From NCBI GenBank assembly GCA_016840085.1, contig JAEOTA010000006.1, positions 1 to 64,000 of the forward strand: a DNA stretch of 64,000 bases, given 5' to 3'. Positions 58,189-64,000 of the stretch are shown here, one piece after another. The DNA is from Promethearchaeota archaeon (lineage in GTDB: Archaea; Asgardarchaeota; Lokiarchaeia; Sigyniarchaeales; SOKP01). The position numbers were made by a program, and so were the translations under genes. The notes beneath the pieces were generated by a model. The model made no database searches. It was not told the DNA's origin and saw only the letters and a list, made by a program, of their open reading frames with translations. The stretch's first letter is position 1. Each line of letters starts with the position of its first letter.

Positions 58189-60813
58189 TCAATCAGATGA
58201 ATATCTCGTTATAAATGATTGATTAATTTTATTTAATACTGCCTGAGAGATTGGATTCCCTTCAAGAATTAGATATTTTAAGTTTTTTAATCTAAAAATC
58301 GAGTCTGGAATCTCTTTAATTAAATTCCATGATAAATCTAAAAATTCTAGTGATGTAAGGTTTCCGATGCATTCAGGAATGATTTCAATATCGCAATACG
58401 CTAGAGATAGTTCCTTTAAATATTTTAAAGAACATAAGACATCAGGAAAAACTCCAAAACTCCCTGATTCAAGTGAAATATAAATACTTATAATATGACC
58501 TTTTTTGTTGATCGTGTAAAATGCTCCAAATTCAAAATTATAAGCATTCTCTTCTTTTTCTAGTTTATCAAAGTATATTCCCATTATTTGTAATACTCCT
58601 AAAACACATGCTTCAGAGGGAACCACTCCTTCATGGAAATATTGCATCGAATACCTTTTTTTAGCTATTGAGAATACTTTTTCTGGAATATGAGTTAATC
58701 CTTTACCGTTGATATAAAGATGTCTTAAATGGTGTAAGGAATTTAATGACTTTGGGAATTTATCAATACAAAATCCCTCTATGTATCTTAATTTGGATAA
58801 TAAACCAATAGATTCTGGTATTTCATCAATATCCCAATAATGTAATTTGATCCCTATCACATGCTTATCCTTAGATTTTGCGTATGCGATATGAGATGCG
58901 CCATCATCTCGCTTCAATGCCCATAGTGATCCAGAACACCAATTTCCACTTACCCCAATTTCAATATCTATATCACGATTATAGTAATATGACTTTTCAT
59001 TCTCCATTGATATGGCTTGTAAATCTAAGAAAAATCGAGCTTCATCAATACATATATCATAAAATTTCGCATATCTTTCTAAGATTTGTGTTTTCAATGC
59101 TGTATAGATGTCAGATTCTAACTCATCTAAAATAGTGAATAATGAGATTATAATTGTTGCAGATTTGACATTTTGAATTGTCCACTGTAATATTTCAATA
59201 CTATTTATTGGAAAAAGATTAATTAATGTCTTAACGGCAGCAGATCTTACAAATTTATGTTCCTTTGATAATAATATATTCTTAAGAAAATCAAAATTTC
59301 TCTCATCTTTTAAAGCAACTCTTTCGAGAAATTCAATACATCTTGTCTTAACAAAAATGGAATTACTTGACTTAAATAAAGAAATCAATTGGTTCGAAAC
59401 CTCTTCTTTACTTATCTGATTATCTAAAAACCTCTTGAAAATATTGCTTGGTGTTAAAGGTAGTGTATCAATTATTTTCGGTTTAATTCTTAATGAAATT
59501 TTATCTGATTCTATGTTAAGGGGGTTCCCTGTAACATCTAAAGATGTCGATTTATTCAATCGAATAATTGATGAAGGAACCTCTTTAAAATTACAGTGTT
59601 GAATATCAATTATATTTAAGGAATGCAAATTTTCAAAAGTGTCTGGAAGAGAATCTATTAATTTACATCCGCCTAAAATTATTTTTTGAAGGGTATTTCC
59701 TAACTTTCCAATACTTTTTGGAATGCTTTTTAATGAGATACAACCTCTTAAATTAAGTTCTTTCATAGATTTTAAATCTCCTATACTCTCTGGTAAAGAA
59801 TTAAGGGAATCACAAAAACTAAAATCTAAAACTTCAAGTGAATCCAATTGACTTAAACTCTCTGGTAAGTCTTTTAAATTTTTCCAGAAAGCTAAATTTA
59901 GGTGTCTTAGAGTTTTCAAATTTCCTAAATTTTCTGGTAATGAAAATGCCCTTCTACATAAACTTCTAATTTCACTCCAAGAATTTATTGTATGAGTTCC
60001 CTTAGCCATTGAAATCAAATCTTTATCATATTCTCCTAAATCGAGAGTTTCAAGAGATTGTAAATTCCCTATTTCCTCAGGTATAAATTCTAATGATTTG
60101 CAACCACTCAAGTTCAGAGTTTTTAACGATTTTAATCTCCCTATCGACCATGGTAATTCTTTTATTGGAATATTTCTCAATTCAAGAGAACAATTGGAAT
60201 TTCCAATCAAGTTTAATGCCTCAAGTGATTCAAGATTTCCAATACTCGCAGGCAAAGATTTCAATGAGCTTGTTCCAATAAAATTTAAAACTCTGAGATT
60301 TTTCAAATTTCCTATGGTTTCAGGTAAAGATTTCATATAACCTGTTATTTTTAATTCTTCAAGGGCATTCAATGAACCAATACTATCTGGTAATGAACGT
60401 AAATTAGCGCTATCAATTAAATTAAGGACTTTTAAAGATTTTAAATTACCTAAACTTTCTGGTAATGAATGTAATCTATTGCAATCAACATATAAACTTT
60501 CCAAATGAGTTAAATTTCCAATAGAATCGGGAATGCGCTTCAACTCTTTTAAATTCAATTCCTTTATGTGACCTTCTCGAGCAATAAATCCCATCCGCTT
60601 TTTTTGTACAGATTGATTAAATCTATCTGTAAGAAAGGAGCCAATTGTCTTATGTAAATATTTAGGTAATTCTTTGGGTAAATTGATTTCGGTTGGGGTC
60701 CACTCTTCCCAAAATCCGCTCATATCTTTTATATCAAGGTTAGAGATAGATTTGCCTAAAATAATCTCTAAATCTGAAAGAAACTGTTTCTCTTGTCTAC
60801 ATATCTGATTCAT
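58189..60813 (-). CDS. leucine-rich repeat protein with central HEAT-like segment
   Basis: Many LPESIGNLxxLxxLNL repeats in N- and C-terminal blocks; helical VRSAAVKTL region between them. Confidence 0.92.
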   Translation of the reverse strand: MNQICRQEKQFLSDLEIILGKSISNLDIKDMSGFWEEWTPTEINLPKELPKYLHKTIGSFLTDRFNQSVQKKRMGFIAREGHIKELNLKELKRIPDSIGNLTHLESLYVDCNRLHSLPESLGNLKSLKVLNLIDSANLRSLPDSIGSLNALEELKITGYMKSLPETIGNLKNLRVLNFIGTSSLKSLPASIGNLESLEALNLIGNSNCSLELRNIPIKELPWSIGRLKSLKTLNLSGCKSLEFIPEEIGNLQSLETLDLGEYDKDLISMAKGTHTINSWSEIRSLCRRAFSLPENLGNLKTLRHLNLAFWKNLKDLPESLSQLDSLEVLDFSFCDSLNSLPESIGDLKSMKELNLRGCISLKSIPKSIGKLGNTLQKIILGGCKLIDSLPDTFENLHSLNIIDIQHCNFKEVPSSIIRLNKSTSLDVTGNPLNIESDKISLRIKPKIIDTLPLTPSNIFKRFLDNQISKEEVSNQLISLFKSSNSIFVKTRCIEFLERVALKDERNFDFLKNILLSKEHKFVRSAAVKTLINLFPINSIEILQWTIQNVKSATIIISLFTILDELESDIYTALKTQILERYAKFYDICIDEARFFLDLQAISMENEKSYYYNRDIDIEIGVSGNWCSGSLWALKRDDGASHIAYAKSKDKHVIGIKLHYWDIDEIPESIGLLSKLRYIEGFCIDKFPKSLNSLHHLRHLYINGKGLTHIPEKVFSIAKKRYSMQYFHEGVVPSEACVLGVLQIMGIYFDKLEKEENAYNFEFGAFYTINKKGHIISIYISLESGSFGVFPDVLCSLKYLKELSLAYCDIEIIPECIGNLTSLEFLDLSWNLIKEIPDSIFRLKNLKYLILEGNPISQAVLNKINQSFITRYSSD

Positions 60814-60955
60814 AAATATTACCTAATCTTCTTTTGGATTATCTTTTAGAGGAAATCTTTTTACTATATTTAAAATCCTTGAGTGCTGAATTATTTCGAT
60901 ATTTTGAATATCTGAATACCTTATATTGCTGTATCTTTTTCATTTTTAACAGTTT

Positions 60956-61615
60956 TCAATCTAAGACATCCCCATCTATACTAGACTGAACCTCATCACG
61001 AAGTCTCAAGGCATCTCTAAAATTAGGTCTTAATTCTAATGTCTTATCTACCCATTCATGTGCTTTCAATAAATCACCTTTTTGCCTATATATTTCTGCT
61101 ATTTCAAACCATAGCTCATAATTTCTTTTTGGGAAATCTCTAGAATTTTCACTTACGAGTTTGGTTAAAATGTCAATTACTTTCTCATATTTACCTTGAT
61201 CATTATATACTTTTGAAAGGTTATATAAAGTTACGGGATCATGTGGTCTTAGCTCTAACAATCGATCTAAGGTTTCAATACTTTTTTCATACTCACTGTT
61301 TAAGGAATATACCAAACCTAAGTTTAATAATGCCTTCTTATTCTTTTTTTTTCTTCCAAGTTTGTTAGATAAAAACTCTATAGCTCGGTTATAGTTCCCG
61401 CTTCTAATCAATAGTTCAAGTTGACTACTAGATGCGGGAGCCATCGTCGGGAGATACTTGACTGCAAATGCAATTACTCCTAACATTAGAAATGAGACTA
61501 ACCCGATAACTATCTCATAGGGAAGAATCTCATAAATCCATAAGAAAATTAAACCTGTTGGTACTCCTATACTAGTAAGGATTAAAATTATTATCGAAAA
61601 TCTTCTTGAAACCAT
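60956..61615 (-). CDS. membrane-anchored TPR protein
   Basis: Two N-terminal TM helices; ALLNLGLVY..EYEKSIE..LELRP TPR repeats. Confidence 0.87.
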   Translation of the reverse strand: MVSRRFSIIILILTSIGVPTGLIFLWIYEILPYEIVIGLVSFLMLGVIAFAVKYLPTMAPASSSQLELLIRSGNYNRAIEFLSNKLGRKKKNKKALLNLGLVYSLNSEYEKSIETLDRLLELRPHDPVTLYNLSKVYNDQGKYEKVIDILTKLVSENSRDFPKRNYELWFEIAEIYRQKGDLLKAHEWVDKTLELRPNFRDALRLRDEVQSSIDGDVLD

Positions 61616-61729
61616 TCTTATCCCACTCTAATAAAAGTCTAATTACATATTTAAGTCTATTGACCGAGGCTTACACCTAATTTCTATTAATTAAAAATAA
61701 ATAATAAAAAAACAAAAAAAATAATGTCA

Positions 61730-63160
61730 TTAAGCAGAAATTGGCTTCCCCTTTAATAGTTCAAAGTAGAGACGACTAAGCTGGACAAGCACTGGAATCC
61801 CCACAACAGCAAGAAGTGGAGCAAAGTAGATTAAAGAAGCTAAACCGAGACCACCGATGCCTGGGTTATACCATTCAGCTCGTGCTTCTCCTTCAACGGC
61901 TCTAATCTGCTGCTTAATAGCCTGTATATCTAAAGGGGTATACAATTTAGCACCAAACATACTAGTCTTTTTTTGGGAAATAACATCACGTCCGTTTTGC
62001 CAACGATCCGAAAACGTATCATCAGAAATGTCACTCTGAAGAAGTATCCATAACATAGCACAAGCTGTATACCATACAGCCTTGTTCAACAGATACTTTA
62101 TCCACTCAACCCAATATGTATCAGATGATGTTATTCCAACAGGAGCTGTTGTCGCATCATGAGGTCCACCGAAATCCCGAGCAATCTTAGCCAACTCTGT
62201 AGATGCAATCCAAGGATGTATGGGAATGAGGGATACAGTATATAAAGAAGGGTTGATTCTAGTCCAATCAGGTCCTCCACTTATCTGATCCCAGCCACAT
62301 AATTCATCTGCCACATTATCCCAATGAAAATGATATGATCTTCCTGGAATAACATGAAATGGATGAGCGACATCACCAATTAAATGAGTCATAGCTCCTA
62401 AAGCAAAAGCTCCTGCCTCCCATTTACCTTTAATAGTGATATCTTTTCCCAGATATCTTATAGTCTTCCTATAACTTAAATAATGACGCGCGATATCAGC
62501 TGCCTCCATAGCTAGAAGTGCAGCAGGAGAATTACCTAAATTTATATCACCATTCTCATCAAAATATATATGATGGACATATGAACCAAGCATAAGAAAT
62601 TCAGCTCTAATGGCCGCTGACTCAAATGCAATTACATTTGACCTTATATCATAATGTCCAAGGTTCCAATCAGGGGCACCAGTTCCAAACAAAAAGCGTG
62701 CATATCTTCTATTTCTCATCCAATTCGTATCATCGTTATTTGAACCAAATTTTGTTTGTTCAGCAAACCAACCTCTTTGTATAGGCATATGATTATTAGG
62801 GTAAGTATCAAAATCTTTATAAGGAATTGAATCATCCAGAATCCAATTGGTTAAACGTTTTGGATATAAAGGATCCAATCTTACCATTCTTAAGGCAGAA
62901 TCAGCAATCCAATCATGGACACCATAATGATGAGTACGATAACTGCTCTGACCAGGAACTTTAAAAGCATATTGTGAATCAACAAACACATATTGATGAC
63001 ACCCCCTTTCACGATAAATATGTTTCAATGAATTATTTAACCATGATTGTCCATAATTAGCGTTACAAATTAGAATTAATGGCACTAATAGAAATACTAA
63101 CACAATGGCTAAGATAGAAAAACATTTCTTTCTTCTTCTATTAAGTCTTAATAATTTCAT
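61730..63160 (-). CDS. secreted/membrane-anchored zinc-dependent phospholipase C / S1-P1 nuclease-like protein
   Basis: Signal/TM N-terminus, HDWIAD.A, G..APD, HH, LGAMTHLIGD..HPFH, H..WD; C-terminal TM; GGTGA SD. Confidence 0.72.
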   Translation of the reverse strand: MKLLRLNRRRKKCFSILAIVLVFLLVPLILICNANYGQSWLNNSLKHIYRERGCHQYVFVDSQYAFKVPGQSSYRTHHYGVHDWIADSALRMVRLDPLYPKRLTNWILDDSIPYKDFDTYPNNHMPIQRGWFAEQTKFGSNNDDTNWMRNRRYARFLFGTGAPDWNLGHYDIRSNVIAFESAAIRAEFLMLGSYVHHIYFDENGDINLGNSPAALLAMEAADIARHYLSYRKTIRYLGKDITIKGKWEAGAFALGAMTHLIGDVAHPFHVIPGRSYHFHWDNVADELCGWDQISGGPDWTRINPSLYTVSLIPIHPWIASTELAKIARDFGGPHDATTAPVGITSSDTYWVEWIKYLLNKAVWYTACAMLWILLQSDISDDTFSDRWQNGRDVISQKKTSMFGAKLYTPLDIQAIKQQIRAVEGEARAEWYNPGIGGLGLASLIYFAPLLAVVGIPVLVQLSRLYFELLKGKPISA

Positions 63161-63232
63161 AATTTCACCTTTTTTTTCTGTTTATTTCATATTATATTAT
63201 ACTCCGATTTTACTATTTATTTCCTAAAAAAA

Positions 63233-64000
63233 TTATATTAAATATAAACTATCTTCTATAACAATTTCGTTATCGGAATGAGCTGTATCGAAACGAAGAC
63301 CTAAAATTGAATGAAAAAGCCCTGAAATCGACAAGAACTTCGCAAGGCAAAAAGTCGCCAACATTGTATTAAAAATGCTAAACGTCATAAGTCCTGTAGT
63401 AGCGGGTTCAAATTGGTCAAATATAGCAAATTTGCCTGCCACAGTCGTCAAACCTCCCTTGACTTCACCAACATAACTCAATAGAACACCGATTCCAAGT
63501 GATTCTAAGATTAGTGCTGTAATCTGCCACGGCATACTCGCAAAATGAGCAATTCCATCTAAGAAAGGCTGGATCATATCCCCTGCCCAATTCTCATCAA
63601 AGTCAACACCAGCCAAGTCACCAAAAATGGCTCCAAACGACATCGCAAACGGCAGCAATATTAATATGCTCTTTCCAATCCCAGATAAATCAAAGAGCCC
63701 TCCCATTAACGCAAACATTAATACCATACTCGCACCAAAGAGAGCATCTGGATTATTTATTAAAGCAAAAATATAATTTAATACCGCAACAATCCTAAAT
63801 ACAGCAATGAACTTCGAGAAGATTGCATTTCTCTTAGCATTAAGGAATCCGAAAATACTGCTCATAGAGCCTAATTTCCAGTCTCGGAGCCCCATAAAAG
63901 AGGTGGCAAGCGTAGTCATCAACACAGTTATAAGCAAATTGAGTGATACACCAAAAAGAGCCCCTGAATCTTCTTCTTTAATCATAGAGGCAATCGCAGT
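63233..64000 (-). CDS. hydrophobic multi-TM protein, 5' end probably outside the window
   Basis: Gly/Ala-rich hydrophobic ORF; frame open to the window edge. Confidence 0.65.
   Translation of the reverse strand, partial: TAIASMIKEEDSGALFGVSLNLLITVLMTTLATSFMGLRDWKLGSMSSIFGFLNAKRNAIFSKFIAVFRIVAVLNYIFALINNPDALFGASMVLMFALMGGLFDLSGIGKSILILLPFAMSFGAIFGDLAGVDFDENWAGDMIQPFLDGIAHFASMPWQITALILESLGIGVLLSYVGEVKGGLTTVAGKFAIFDQFEPATTGLMTFSIFNTMLATFCLAKFLSISGLFHSILGLRFDTAHSDNEIVIEDSLYLI

Noticed and set aside
347-62039. Short ORFs overlapping or antisense to longer genes in the ORF track (e.g. 347-598, 7209-7499, 30325-30705, 34625-34894, 49388-49675, 61857-62039)
   Set aside because: Shadow ORFs on well-supported genes, with no motifs
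1-64000. CRISPR array, rRNA, transposase or integrase
   Set aside because: No regularly spaced direct repeats, rRNA-like GC-rich tracts or recombinase motifs seen

Overview
AT-rich, gene-dense archaeal chromosome segment, most likely from an Asgard archaeon (Lokiarchaeia-like). This is inferred from archaeal-type ThrRS, AspRS, RibK/RibL, type II MAP and Alba, together with eukaryotic-signature proteins (Rab-like GTPase, longin-like domain, MPN/JAMM protein, PCI-like winged helix, LRR protein). Most genes are housekeeping, sugar-nucleotide, lipid or membrane genes. Main observations not captured by the ORF track: (1) an unannotated ~500-nt candidate structured ncRNA (53645-54146, +) with a correctly spaced TATA box, paired ends, a near-perfect four-way junction and a T12 terminator, matching no RNA class I recognise; (2) a tRNA-Arg(GCG) split by two non-canonical bulge-helix-bulge-type introns (D-loop and T-loop); (3) several genes whose conserved N-termini have no in-frame ATG/GTG/TTG, suggesting ATA initiation; (4) an SDR/SCP2/ALDH/SCP2 lipid-handling operon; (5) a CheD-like pseudogene, a DNA methyltransferase truncated at a deletion junction, and an accessory-looking right end. 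No CRISPR array, rRNA or transposase was seen. All calls are from motif reading by eye; no database searches were run.
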